This document shows, piece by piece, positions 8,269 through 18,217 of a stretch of 64,000 bases of DNA. The stretch covers positions 1-64,000 of the forward strand of contig JBBRLX010000012.1 of assembly GCA_038231135.1 (NCBI GenBank), read 5' to 3'. A model generated the notes under the pieces. That model was not told the DNA's origin, ran no database searches, and saw only the letters and a list, made by a program, of their open reading frames with translations. The stretch's first letter is position 1. Each line of letters opens with the position of its first letter. The stretch comes from Candidatus Eiseniibacteriota bacterium (GTDB taxonomy: Bacteria > Eisenbacteria > RBG-16-71-46). The position numbers and the translations under genes were made by a program.

Positions 8269-10275
8269 GTGCACTCCGCTCCTCGATCCAAACCCGCACC
8301 GCGGCCCGGCCTCCGGGCCGGTTGGCAAACGCTGGTGCCGCGCGAACGGTTCGTGATCGTGGTGATGCTCGGTCTCACGGCGATCACTCTCGGCGTGCAC
8401 GTGCTCGCCACGTTCGACCCGCTGGTGCCATGGATGTGGGGCGTGCACGCGTATGCGTTCTTCCCCCGCGGCTGGCTGCTGGTGGCGGTGGCGGCGGTCG
8501 TGGCGGCGCTGGTTGCGATGGTGGGGTTGCGACCGCCCCGATTCGCGATTCCCGGTGGGCGGCGCGCGCCGGCATGGCGCCCCTGGGCGCTGTACGTCGC
8601 CGTCGCCGCCGGGGCGTTCGCGGTGTTCTGGCTGCTGCGCGCGCGCCATCTGTTCCTGGGTGACGGCTTCGTGCTCGTCGACAGCATTCCCCGCACCGAC
8701 GCGCTGCACAACTTCGAGCCGCTCATGGCGCACCTCCAGCACGCCATCTGGCGGCTCGCGGGGCCGCTGTTCCAGCGCCCCGGCAGCCGGCCGGCCGACG
8801 TGGCGGCTGCCACCACGGCGCTCGGCAGCGCGGTCGCAGGCGTGCTGTTCGTGCTGACGTTGATTCCGCTGTCGGCCGAGCTGCTGCGTGCGGCCAGCCG
8901 CGACGCCGTCGCCCGCGCCGACGTGTGGACGCGCGCCGGCATCGTGGTGGTGATCGCGTCGCAGGGCTTCGTCCAGCTGTTCTTCGGCTACGTCGAGAAC
9001 TACACGTGGCTCGCGCTCGCCGTCACCTACTACCTGCTCACGGCGTTCGCGTATCTGAACGGCCGCGCCTCGCTGCTGCCGGCGCTGGTGTCGTGCTGTG
9101 CGGCGTTGTGCCTCCATCTGTCGGCCGCCGCGTTGCTACCCTCGCTCACCGTGCTCGTGGCGTGGGGATTCCTCGATGCGCGCCGCCGCCGCGCGCTGCT
9201 CGGCGATCTCGTGTCGGGCGTGGTGCTGGTGGTCGTGCTCGCGATGCTGATCTCGATGGCGGGCAACGGCTACGACCTGCCGGCCACGCTGTGGCAGATC
9301 GCGCGCCTCGTACTGTCGGGCAGCGGCGACACGGCCGGCTACCTGCTGTCGGCGCGGCACCTGCAGGACTTCCTCAACGAGGTCGCGCTGGTGGGGCCGC
9401 TGGGCATGCTGCTGTTCGTCGTGCTGCTCGGCGGCATGCGCTGGGTCGGGCGCCCCGGCATCGCGCGGGTGTTCGTGGGAGTGCTGGGGCTCACGTGGCT
9501 CGCCGGCGTGTGGGTGGCGGGCGATTCGAACCTGGGCTACGCCCGGAACTGGGACCTGCTGGCGCCTGCCGGGCTGGTGTTCGCGGTGGCCGGCGTGTTC
9601 CTGCTGCTCGAGCTGGCGCAGCGCGGCGAGGTCCGGCGGCTCGCGCTCGGCATCGCGGTCGCGGCGTCGCTGTTCCACACCGCGCCGTGGATCGCGCTCA
9701 ACGCGTCGTTCGAGCGCTCGTTCGAGCGCTTCAAGACCCTGCCGCTCGGTGGCGGCCGCACCGAGTCCACCGTGGGCTACTGGTACGCCACGCACGGGCA
9801 GCTCGACGCGGCGGAGCAGTGGCTGATCCGCGCGCTCGACGCCAACCCCGGCAACAGCCGTGCGCACTACCTGCTGGGCCGCGTGTGCATGATGACCGGG
9901 CGCTACGACGAGGCGGTCGCGGCGTTCTCGGCGGCGCGGATCCAGCGCCCGGACCTCGAGCCATTTCGCATGGCGCTGATCGACGCGCTGGTGCGCACGA
10001 ATCACGGCAGCGCGGCGCTCGCCGAGGTCGACACCCTGATCGCCCGCAATCCCGGGGTCGCGCGCGACTGGGCGGTGCGCGGCGTGATCCTCATGGAGCT
10101 GAACAAGGCCGGCGAGGCGCGCGACGCCGTGGCCCGCGCGATCGCGCTCGATCCGGCGGACAACGCCTATCGCGACATCGAGCGGCAGCTCGATGCGCCG
10201 GGGGCGACGGTGATGCTGCTGGGTGGGACGGCGACGGTGCTCGGGGGGCGCTGGCAGGAGCTGATGGACCGGTAG
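8269..10275 (+). CDS. Multi-pass membrane protein with C-terminal TPRs (possibly GT-C fold); start uncertain
   Basis: About 12 hydrophobic segments, loops 'LGDG', 'FFGYVENY', 'RNWDLL', then TPR-like repeats. Confidence 0.65.
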   Translation: MHSAPRSKPAPRPGLRAGWQTLVPRERFVIVVMLGLTAITLGVHVLATFDPLVPWMWGVHAYAFFPRGWLLVAVAAVVAALVAMVGLRPPRFAIPGGRRAPAWRPWALYVAVAAGAFAVFWLLRARHLFLGDGFVLVDSIPRTDALHNFEPLMAHLQHAIWRLAGPLFQRPGSRPADVAAATTALGSAVAGVLFVLTLIPLSAELLRAASRDAVARADVWTRAGIVVVIASQGFVQLFFGYVENYTWLALAVTYYLLTAFAYLNGRASLLPALVSCCAALCLHLSAAALLPSLTVLVAWGFLDARRRRALLGDLVSGVVLVVVLAMLISMAGNGYDLPATLWQIARLVLSGSGDTAGYLLSARHLQDFLNEVALVGPLGMLLFVVLLGGMRWVGRPGIARVFVGVLGLTWLAGVWVAGDSNLGYARNWDLLAPAGLVFAVAGVFLLLELAQRGEVRRLALGIAVAASLFHTAPWIALNASFERSFERFKTLPLGGGRTESTVGYWYATHGQLDAAEQWLIRALDANPGNSRAHYLLGRVCMMTGRYDEAVAAFSAARIQRPDLEPFRMALIDALVRTNHGSAALAEVDTLIARNPGVARDWAVRGVILMELNKAGEARDAVARAIALDPADNAYRDIERQLDAPGATVMLLGGTATVLGGRWQELMDR

Positions 10276-10278
10276 CCG

Positions 10279-11667
10279 TCAGCGAACCACAGCACCCGCC
10301 GCCTTCGCGGCCCGCAGCATGGCGCCCAGGCTGCGCTCGACGTCGCGGTCCGTCGTCGCCCACGAACAGCAACTGATGCGCATCGCCGTGTGTCCCTGCC
10401 ACACCGTGCCGCCGCACCAGCAGGTGCCGTCGTCCTGGACGCCCGCGATCGTGCGCCGCGTCGTCTCGGGGTCGCCGAACGACACCAGCACCTGGTTCAG
10501 CACCACGTCGTTCAGCACCTCGCAGCCGGCGGCGCGCAGGCCGTCGGCGAACAGCGTGGCATGGCGGCAGCAGCGTCCGACCAGTTCCGCGAGGCCGGCG
10601 CGGCCGAGCGTGCGCAGCGCGGCCCATACCTCGACGCCCCGCGCCCGGCGCGACAGCTCGGGCGTGTGATCGCAGGGATTGCGGAACGGCGTCTCGGTCG
10701 GCAGGTACTCCGCCGTGACCGCCATCGCCGCGCGCAGCGCGGTGGCATCGCGCACGAACGCGAGCCCGCTGTCGTAGGGCACGTTGAGCCATTTGTGCGC
10801 GTCGGTGGCCCACGAATCGGCCTCGCCCATGCCACGCACCAGGTGGGCGTGCGCCGGCGACGCGGCGGCCCACATGCCGAACGCGGCATCCACGTGCACC
10901 CACGCGCCCGCCGTACGCGCGAGTGGCACGATCGCCTCGAGCGGGTCGAACGCGCCGGTGTTCACGTTGCCCGCCTGCACGCACACGATCGTCGGTCCCG
11001 AGATCGCGGGGAGCGCGTCCGCGCGCATGCGGCCCTGCCCGTCCGCCGGCACGCGCACCACGCGAGTACGGCCCAGGCCGAGCAGGCCGAGCGCCTTGCT
11101 GAGCGTGGGATGCACCTCGTCGCCGACGATCACGGTGATCGGCGGCGCGCCGAACAGCCCGTTGGCTTCGACGTTCCAGCCGGCGCGCTCCAGCACGCGA
11201 TGCCGGGCGGCGGCCAGTGCCGTGAAGTTCGCGATGGTGGCGCCGGTTACGAACCCCGCTCCGGTGCCGGGAGGCAGGCCGAACAATTCGACCATCCAGC
11301 CCAGCGCCACATCCTCGAGCATCGCCGTCCCCGGCGTCGGCGCCCACAGGCCGGTGTTCTGGTCCCATGCCCCGGCGAGCCAGTTCGCCGCCAGCGTCAC
11401 CGGGATGGTGCCGCCGATGACGAAGCCGAAGAACCGGGGTCCCGCCATGGCCGTCGTGGCGGGCGAGCCCAGCGAATCGAGCAGCCGGATCACCTCGCGC
11501 GGATCGGACGCCGCCGCCGGCAGCGGCTCGCGGAATCCCTCCAGCGCGGCCAGGGCGGCGGGAGCGGGAGCCACGGACCGGGCGTCGAGACCATCGAGAT
11601 AGCGGATCGCGCGCGCGGCCGCATCGCGCAGCAGTTCGGGGGTATCGCGAGGGTCGGCAGTGTCCAT
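10279..11667 (-). CDS. PLP-dependent group II amino-acid decarboxylase
   Basis: HVDAAFG and DSWATDAHKWLNVPYDSG (PLP-binding Lys). Confidence 0.9.
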   Translation of the reverse strand: MDTADPRDTPELLRDAAARAIRYLDGLDARSVAPAPAALAALEGFREPLPAAASDPREVIRLLDSLGSPATTAMAGPRFFGFVIGGTIPVTLAANWLAGAWDQNTGLWAPTPGTAMLEDVALGWMVELFGLPPGTGAGFVTGATIANFTALAAARHRVLERAGWNVEANGLFGAPPITVIVGDEVHPTLSKALGLLGLGRTRVVRVPADGQGRMRADALPAISGPTIVCVQAGNVNTGAFDPLEAIVPLARTAGAWVHVDAAFGMWAAASPAHAHLVRGMGEADSWATDAHKWLNVPYDSGLAFVRDATALRAAMAVTAEYLPTETPFRNPCDHTPELSRRARGVEVWAALRTLGRAGLAELVGRCCRHATLFADGLRAAGCEVLNDVVLNQVLVSFGDPETTRRTIAGVQDDGTCWCGGTVWQGHTAMRISCCSWATTDRDVERSLGAMLRAAKAAGAVVR

Positions 11668-11977
11668 CGGGCCGCAGTCTGCATGCCGCTGAATCCAATT
11701 GGCAAGCCTGCCGATAGCACCGTAGCGGCCGTTGCGAAACGGTCAAGACTTTGTGCCGCGGGTGCCCACGGGGTGGTTATCTGGATTCCGGTCGCTCCGG
11801 GATGCTAGACTCAGGCTGCGTCGTACTCCCTTGGATGACCGCGCGCGCGTCGCCGTACGGCCGCATCTCGGTCCGTCTTTCCGGTGCGCGTCGCGAACCG
11901 TCGCCGAGCATATAGAGTTCGTTCATGGCCGAGCCCCCCACGCTTTGGCCACCGCGCTAACCCGGAAACCCATCACG

Positions 11978-12844
11978 ATGTCACAGGCTCCCGCTATCGA
12001 ATCGCCCGAGGCCGCGAAACACACTCGACCGAAGTTCTCGATCTTGTGGTTCACCGTTCAGATCGTGCTGCAGTACGGCGTCATGCTGCTGGTCATCAAT
12101 CGGTTCATGCCAAGGCTTTGGGCCGCCCAGGTCGGCGCGGGACTGGGTCCATTCCTTGCGGCGTTCCTCGTCATCCACCTGTCGCTGTGTTTCTTCGAAT
12201 GGGGCTTCCATCGGTACGTGCTCCACTCGATCACCACTTCGTGGCTGACGCGGTTCGCGCGGGCACATCGCAACCATCACGGTCTCACGCCGATCCGGCT
12301 GCAGCCACTCCAGGCTGGCTCCGACCGTTACGTGCTCAACCGGTATCCCATCACCGATGTCGACCAGCACGAGGATTCCGCGTTTCCGCCGTACTCCCTG
12401 ATCGCGTTCGCGCTGCTGTTCAGCCCGCTGATCCTCGGATTGCAGCAGTTGTTCCCGCACATGCCGTACATCATCGCCGGCTACGGGGCCGTCACGTTCT
12501 CGCTGTCGCTGTACGAAATCCTGCACGCGGTCGAGCACCGGCCGTACGAGTGGTGGAAGCACGCCACCGAACACCCGCGGTTCGGCACGCTGTGGCGGAA
12601 GATCTACGGCTTCCACCACATGCACCATGCGAACGTGTCCTGCAACGAGGCGATCTCGGGGTTCTTCGGGTTGCCGATCGCGGACTGGACGTTCGGCACC
12701 TACCATCAGCCGAAGGAACTGCTGCTCGAAGGCCGCGTGGCCAGTGCGCGCGATTTCGCGGTGACGCCGCCGCCGGGCTGGGTGCGCAAGATCGACGGCT
12801 GGGCGCGCAAGCGGGAAGCGTCGATCCACCACCGCCGGGCCTGA
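11978..12844 (+). CDS. Fatty-acid hydroxylase/sterol desaturase superfamily membrane protein
   Basis: His boxes EWGFHRYVLH, HRNHH, YEILH..EH and HHMHH between TM helices. Confidence 0.75.
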   Translation: MSQAPAIESPEAAKHTRPKFSILWFTVQIVLQYGVMLLVINRFMPRLWAAQVGAGLGPFLAAFLVIHLSLCFFEWGFHRYVLHSITTSWLTRFARAHRNHHGLTPIRLQPLQAGSDRYVLNRYPITDVDQHEDSAFPPYSLIAFALLFSPLILGLQQLFPHMPYIIAGYGAVTFSLSLYEILHAVEHRPYEWWKHATEHPRFGTLWRKIYGFHHMHHANVSCNEAISGFFGLPIADWTFGTYHQPKELLLEGRVASARDFAVTPPPGWVRKIDGWARKREASIHHRRA

Positions 12845-12916
12845 CCGGCATGGCCCGGTCGCGGACTCGCGCTGCGACCGGCCGATAGCCGCCGGCAGCT
12901 TCACGGAGGAGGCCGC

Positions 12917-13264
12917 ATGACGATTACGCGCATTGCACCCGGGGCCCGCATGTCGGGGGCCGTCGTCCACGGCGACACGGTGTACTTGTCGGGCCACGTC
13001 GAAGCCGATTCGTCGCTCGGGGTGCGTGCCCAGACGGAGGCGATCCTCCGGCGGATCGACGAGCGGCTCGCCGCCGCGGGCACCGACAAGTCGAAGCTGC
13101 TGTCGGCCACGATCTGGCTCGCGGACATTGGCACGTTCGACGACATGAACGCCGCGTGGGATGCGTGGGTCGATCGCGGGAACCCGCCCGCGCGCGCCAC
13201 CGTCGAGGCTCGCCTCGCGGCACCCGCCTACAAGGTCGAGATCGCCGTCATCGCCGCACGCTGA
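12917..13264 (+). CDS. RidA/YjgF family protein (YoaB-like)
   Basis: RMS..V, MNAAWDAW, PARATVEA, KVEI motifs; GGAGG RBS. Confidence 0.9.
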   Translation: MTITRIAPGARMSGAVVHGDTVYLSGHVEADSSLGVRAQTEAILRRIDERLAAAGTDKSKLLSATIWLADIGTFDDMNAAWDAWVDRGNPPARATVEARLAAPAYKVEIAVIAAR

Positions 13265-13274
13265 ATCCTGCGCC

Positions 13275-14495
13275 TCACGCCCGGACGCGCAGCGACTCGA
13301 GCCCGCGCAGGATGTACGTGGCTTTCCACGCCGGCGTCTCGAGCAGTTCCAGTCCCGGCATCCGCAGCAGCAGCGTTTCGAACGCCACCTGCAGCTCGAG
13401 CCGCGCGAGCGCCGCTCCCAGGCAGAAGTGAATGCCCGCGCCGAACGCCAGGTGCGGGTTGGGATCGCGGGCGAGGTCGAGCGCGTCCGCGTGTTCGAAC
13501 ACGCGCGGGTCCCGGTTCGCGGCGCCGAACACGAGCCCGAGTTGCGCGCCCCGCGGCACCGGGACGCCGTGGATCTCGATCGGTTCGAGCACCCAGCGCT
13601 CGAACAACTGCAGCGGTGTGTCCCAGCGCAACAGCTCCTCGATCGCCCGGGGTGCGCCGGCGGGTGCCGCCCGCAGCCGCGCGAGCTGCTCCGGGTGCCG
13701 GAACAGCGTCCACCAGCCGATCGCCGCGCCGTTGACGCTGGCCTCGTGCCCGGCGTTCAGCAGCAGCACGCAGGTGCCGACCAGTTCGTTCTCGGTCAGG
13801 CGATCGCCGCCGTCCGCGACCTGGGTGAGCGCGCTGATCAGATCGTCGCCCGGCTCGTTGCGGCGGTGCCGCGACAGCTCGCGCAGGTAACCGCCGAATT
13901 CCACGCTGGCGGTGACCGCCCGCTGTGCCGTGGTGGGATCGGGGTCCAGCTCGTACATGCCGCAGATGTCCGCCGACCACGGACGCAGGAGCGCGCGATC
14001 TGCTTCGGGCACTCCCAGCAGCTCCGCGATCACCGTGACCGGCAGCGGCTCCGCGAAGTCGGCGACCAGGTCGAACGTGCCGCGCTCGAGCGCCGCGTCG
14101 GCGAGCATGTCGACGATGCCCTGGATGCGGCCGCGCAGCGCCTCCACGCGCCGCGGCGTGAACGCGCGCGACACCAGGCCGCGCAGGCGCGTGTGGTCGG
14201 GCGGCTCGCGATCGAGCATGCCGTCACGGATCAGGCCCCAGAACGGCGCGTGCTCCGGCGGATCCTCGGGCCGGCCCATGCCGGCATGTGTCGCGACGTG
14301 CAGATACGTGCGCCCCAGCCGCCGGTCGCGCAGCAGTGCGTTCACGTCCGCGTGGCGGGTGACGAGCCACAGGTCGCTGCGCGGATCGTGCAGCACCGGC
14401 GCGTGGTCGCGCAGCGCGGCGTAGGCGGGATACGGGTTCGCGATGAAGTCGGGATCGAGCGGGTCGAACCCGGCGAGCACGGCGGCCTCGGACAT
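13275..14495 (-). CDS. Cytochrome P450
   Basis: PPDHTRLR, AGHEAS, EELLR, FGAGIHFCLG heme motif. Confidence 0.95.
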   Translation of the reverse strand: MSEAAVLAGFDPLDPDFIANPYPAYAALRDHAPVLHDPRSDLWLVTRHADVNALLRDRRLGRTYLHVATHAGMGRPEDPPEHAPFWGLIRDGMLDREPPDHTRLRGLVSRAFTPRRVEALRGRIQGIVDMLADAALERGTFDLVADFAEPLPVTVIAELLGVPEADRALLRPWSADICGMYELDPDPTTAQRAVTASVEFGGYLRELSRHRRNEPGDDLISALTQVADGGDRLTENELVGTCVLLLNAGHEASVNGAAIGWWTLFRHPEQLARLRAAPAGAPRAIEELLRWDTPLQLFERWVLEPIEIHGVPVPRGAQLGLVFGAANRDPRVFEHADALDLARDPNPHLAFGAGIHFCLGAALARLELQVAFETLLLRMPGLELLETPAWKATYILRGLESLRVRA

Positions 14496-14539
14496 GCGGC
14501 AACCGTAGCAGGGTTCGCGGCCGCGCGGCCAAACCGGCC

Positions 14540-14590
14540 CCGTTCGCCACGTCCCTGGCGTCGTTCACCGGTGACGGGCGTCGATTCGCC
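14540..14590 (+). promoter_or_regulatory. Putative LytTR regulator binding array: three 9-bp direct repeats at 21-bp period
   Basis: CCGTTCGCC (14540), TCGTTCACC (14561), CGATTCGCC (14582), upstream of the operon that ends in a LytTR gene. Confidence 0.6.
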
Positions 14591-14700
14591 GATTGCCCCG
14601 GGCCTCGGGCCCGGTATCCGCCGTAACCTGCTTCACGTGGACGGACGGTGAACGCCAGGGACCGCGAACCCCGCGGATTCCGGGGCCGATGGAGGAGCCG

Positions 14701-15078
14701 ATGAACGAAGATCGCAGCTGGGGCAGGCTGGGTTGGGGCGTGGTGCTCGTCCTGATCGGCTGCCTGTTTCTCGCCGAGCAGTTCGACTGGCTGCCGGCCT
14801 GGTCGTGGAACTTGGAATGGTGGCCGTTGATCCCGATGCTGATCGGGCTCGTCCAGTTGCTGTCGGGCCGCACCGCGCGGCGCACCGCCAACGGTGTCAT
14901 GCTGCTGGTGCTCGGGGCCTGGTTCATGTTCGCCGCCAATGAATGGTACGGCCTGACCTGGCGCAACTCCTGGCCGCTCGCGCTGGTCGCGGTGGGGCTG
15001 GGCCATGTCATCCATGCGCTGTTGCTGCGGGTGATGCCCGACCTGCGCTACGTCGAGAAGGACAACCCGCATGCGTGA
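14701..15078 (+). CDS. LiaF-TM/DUF5668-type membrane protein
   Basis: Two 'WP' hairpin units (WWPLIPMLIG, SWPLALVAVG); GGAG upstream. Confidence 0.7.
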   Translation: MNEDRSWGRLGWGVVLVLIGCLFLAEQFDWLPAWSWNLEWWPLIPMLIGLVQLLSGRTARRTANGVMLLVLGAWFMFAANEWYGLTWRNSWPLALVAVGLGHVIHALLLRVMPDLRYVEKDNPHA

Positions 15079-15346
15079 CCGCGCCGGCGTTCGCCCGTCC
15101 CGCGTCCGCACCGGGATCGTCCTGGCCTGCGCCGTGTGCACGGTGTGGCTCGTGGTGCAGAATGCGATCCTGTTCACGTTCGTGTCGTGGGACCGGCTGC
15201 CGTCGATTCATTCGCTGCCCCAGGCGGCCGGCGTGATGTTCGGGGGGTTCATCGTGCTCACGCTCGCCGCCGCCGCGTTCGCGCTGGGATGGCTGGCGTC
15301 GCGCCACGGACACGCCTCACGGCATGGGGAGCACAGTCATGACTGA
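15071..15346 (+). CDS. Small two-TM membrane protein
   Basis: Overlaps neighbouring genes in the operon; two hydrophobic helices. Confidence 0.55.
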   Translation: MRDRAGVRPSRVRTGIVLACAVCTVWLVVQNAILFTFVSWDRLPSIHSLPQAAGVMFGGFIVLTLAAAAFALGWLASRHGHASRHGEHSHD

Positions 15347-16163
15347 CCGTCCGATGAACGACTCGCCCGCGATCACCTCGAAGCTGGTGTTCGGCATCGT
15401 CGTGCTCACGCTGGGCGTGCTGTGGACGCTCGACAATCTCGGCATGCTGGACGCGTCGCAGATTCTCAAGTGGTGGCCGATCGCGGCGCTCAGCTGGGGG
15501 CTGATGAGGCTGACCGGCATCGGCGTCCGCCAGCAGACGATGCCGGGATTTCTGTGGACCATCGTGGGGGCGGTGGCGTTGCTGCGCGTGTTCGGCCTCG
15601 TCCATTTCACGATCTTCGCGCTGTGGCCTGTGTTCCTGATCGCGATGGGGGCGTCGCTGATCTTCCGGGGCTCGCATCCGACGTCGTGGCCGGGAGCCAC
15701 GCAGGGTGGCCCACGGCTCACCACGTTCGCGTTCATGGCCGGCGCCGAGCGCAAGATCGTGTCCCAGAGCTTCGAAGCCGCCGAGGTCAGCGCGGTGATG
15801 GGCGGGGCGACGATCGATCTCAGGTCGGCGACGCTCGCGAACAACCGCGCGGTGATCGACGCGTTCGCGATGTGGGGCGGCATCGAGCTGGTGGTGCCCG
15901 TGGGCTGGCGGGTGATGGGCGAGGTGACGGCGATCCTCGGCGGCTTCCAGGATTCGACCGCCCCGCCGACCGACCCGAACGCTCCGACGCTGGTGGTGCG
16001 CGGCACCGCCATGATGGGTGGCATCGAGGTTCGCAACGACACTGCGTGGCGCATCGATCGTGTCCGCGCGGGGCACGGTGGCCTCGTGATGGGCGTCCAG
16101 GTCCGCCGCCGCAGGGACACCGACGAACCCGCGAGCGGCCCGCCGCCCGTGGAGCCGCGTTAA
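15339..16163 (+). CDS. LiaF-like protein (DUF5668 TM region plus DUF2154-type beta domain)
   Basis: WWP and LWP TM units; 'AVMGGATIDLR', 'AMWGGIELVVP..W', 'MMGGIEV'. Confidence 0.8.
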   Translation: MTDRPMNDSPAITSKLVFGIVVLTLGVLWTLDNLGMLDASQILKWWPIAALSWGLMRLTGIGVRQQTMPGFLWTIVGAVALLRVFGLVHFTIFALWPVFLIAMGASLIFRGSHPTSWPGATQGGPRLTTFAFMAGAERKIVSQSFEAAEVSAVMGGATIDLRSATLANNRAVIDAFAMWGGIELVVPVGWRVMGEVTAILGGFQDSTAPPTDPNAPTLVVRGTAMMGGIEVRNDTAWRIDRVRAGHGGLVMGVQVRRRRDTDEPASGPPPVEPR

Positions 16164-16192
16164 TGTCCCGTGCCGTCCGGGATCGCTAGCCC

Positions 16193-17278
16193 GTGCACCC
16201 CCTGTTCACGAGGCCGCTCCGGCTGCTGCTGTATCTCTCGGCCTGGCTGATCGTCGGCGTGCCGCTGGCCGGCGTGCTGTCGCTCGGCACGTCGCGGCCG
16301 TTCGCGCAGGCGCTGGTGTTCGCCGTGCCGCTCGCGCTGTTCTACGGCGTGATCTGTCTCGCGGCCTGGTGGGTGTGCCGGTCGAACCCGATCGAGGGCC
16401 GGCGCACGTTCGGCGCGGTGTGGACGCAGCTGCTCGCGGCGCTGCAGTCGAGCGCGGCGTGGGTGGGGCTGGGCACGCTGTGGGCGTTCGCGCTGTCGCG
16501 CGTGTTCCACATCGGGCCCGACCGGGCAGGCCTGGTGCACGACGTGACGGTGCTGTTCGTCGCCGGACTGCCGCTCTACCTGATCTCGGCGGTGGTCCAC
16601 TACCTCTATCTCGCGATCGAGGCGTCGCACGCCGCCGCCCAGCGCGCGCTGGAGTCCCAGGTGTCGGCGCGCGAGGCCGAGCTGCGGGCGTTGCGGGCGC
16701 AGCTCAATCCGCACTTCCTGTTCAACAGCCTCAACTCCGTGAACGCGCTGATCGGCACCGACCCCGAGGGCGCGCGGCGGATGTGCGAGGGCCTCGGCGA
16801 CTTCCTGCGGCGCACCCTGCAGCTCGGGGCGCGCGAGGCGGTGACGCTGCGCGAGGAGCTGGCGCTGGTCGACCGCTACCTCGCGATCGAGCAGGTGCGG
16901 TTCGGCGACCGGCTGCGCGTGGATCGGGCGATCGATCCCGAGGCGACCGGTTGCCTGCTGCCGCCGCTATTGCTGCAGCCGCTGGTCGAGAACGCCGTGA
17001 AGCACGGTGTCGCGGGGCGCGTCGAAGGCGGCACCGTGCAGCTGCGCGCGCAGTACGCCGCGGGCCAGCTCGTGCTCACGCTCGAGAACCCGGTCGACGA
17101 CGACGAGCAGCCGCGCCCCGGCAGCGGCATGGGTCTCGAGAACGTCCGGCGCCGGCTCGCGGTGTTCGGAGCGCGGGGCTCGTCGCTGCTCGCCGAGCGC
17201 GGCGCCGGCTGGTTCCGGGTCACGGTCATACTCGCCGCGCGCCCCGCGCCGGCGCTCGTGGAGGCGGCGCATGCCTGA
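16193..17278 (+). CDS. LytS/YehU-type sensor histidine kinase
   Basis: LRAQLNPHFLFNSLN, IEQVRFGDRL, LQPLVENAVKHG, GMGLENV. Confidence 0.93.
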   Translation: MHPLFTRPLRLLLYLSAWLIVGVPLAGVLSLGTSRPFAQALVFAVPLALFYGVICLAAWWVCRSNPIEGRRTFGAVWTQLLAALQSSAAWVGLGTLWAFALSRVFHIGPDRAGLVHDVTVLFVAGLPLYLISAVVHYLYLAIEASHAAAQRALESQVSAREAELRALRAQLNPHFLFNSLNSVNALIGTDPEGARRMCEGLGDFLRRTLQLGAREAVTLREELALVDRYLAIEQVRFGDRLRVDRAIDPEATGCLLPPLLLQPLVENAVKHGVAGRVEGGTVQLRAQYAAGQLVLTLENPVDDDEQPRPGSGMGLENVRRRLAVFGARGSSLLAERGAGWFRVTVILAARPAPALVEAAHA

Positions 17279-18059
17279 GACGGTTCTCGAGACGGTCATC
17301 GTCGACGACGAAGCTCCGGCGCGCAGCCTGCTGCGCGAGTACCTCGGCGCCCATCGCGAGATCGAGATCGTGGCCGAGTGCGCGAACGGCTTCGAGGCGG
17401 TGAAGCGCATCACCGAGCTCAAGCCCGCGCTGGTGTTCCTCGACGTGCAGATGCCGAAGCTCAACGGCTTCGAGGTGCTGGAGCTGATCTCGCCGGGCCC
17501 CGCGGTGGTGTTCTGCACCGCCTACGATTCCTACGCGCTCCGGGCGTTCGAGGTGAACGCCGTCGACTACCTGCTCAAGCCGTTCGGCCGCGAGCGCCTC
17601 GCGGAGGCGTTGGGGCGCGTGCGCGAGCGCATCACCGCGCGCTGCGCGGCGCTGTCGCCGCTCGACCACGACGCCCAGTCGGTGAAGACCGCGGCCGCAC
17701 TCGCGACCTCCGCGCGCGCGCCCGGCTCGTTCGCCGAGCGGGTGATCGTGCGCGACGGCGCCGACGTGCACGTGATCCCGGTCGACACCATCGACTGCAT
17801 GGAGGCGCAGGACGACTACGTGGCGATCCAGGTCTCGGGCAAGAGCTGGCTCAAGCAGCAGACGCTGGCCGACCTCGAGGCCGCGCTCGACCCCGACCGC
17901 TTCGTGCGCGTGCACCGGTCGTTCCTCGTCCCGCTCGACCGGGTCGCCCGGGTCGAGCCGTTCGGCAAGGAGCAGAAGCTCGCGGTGCTCAAGACCGGCC
18001 GCGAGATCCCCGTGAGCCGGGCGGGCTGGCAGCGGCTGAAGGAGAAGATGGAGAGCTGA
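17271..18059 (+). CDS. LytTR family response regulator
   Basis: VDDE, FLDVQMP, TAYD, DYLLKP receiver domain; FVRVHRS and PVSR LytTR domain. Confidence 0.95.
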   Translation: MPETVLETVIVDDEAPARSLLREYLGAHREIEIVAECANGFEAVKRITELKPALVFLDVQMPKLNGFEVLELISPGPAVVFCTAYDSYALRAFEVNAVDYLLKPFGRERLAEALGRVRERITARCAALSPLDHDAQSVKTAAALATSARAPGSFAERVIVRDGADVHVIPVDTIDCMEAQDDYVAIQVSGKSWLKQQTLADLEAALDPDRFVRVHRSFLVPLDRVARVEPFGKEQKLAVLKTGREIPVSRAGWQRLKEKMES

Positions 18060-18217
18060 GGGGTGCGGGGAGGATGCGGCCCGCGCGCGGGGCGCCCGTG
18101 GGGCGCGGAGGCCTCCGCGCCGCGGTGTGCCCGATGAATCGTCTATGATGGACGGCCCCGCAGCGCCGATGATCCGGGTCGGGAACCCCGGATGCCGCAC
18201 CTTCAGGAGACGACTTC

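Noticed and set aside
10279..14495. Biosynthetic cluster made of decarboxylase, desaturase, RidA and P450
   Set aside because: Mixed orientations, no scaffold-building enzyme, and no evidence of functional linkage.
18133..18176. GATG-containing repeats downstream of the LytTR gene as a second operator
   Set aside because: Only one pair has 21-bp spacing and the match to the upstream motif is weak.
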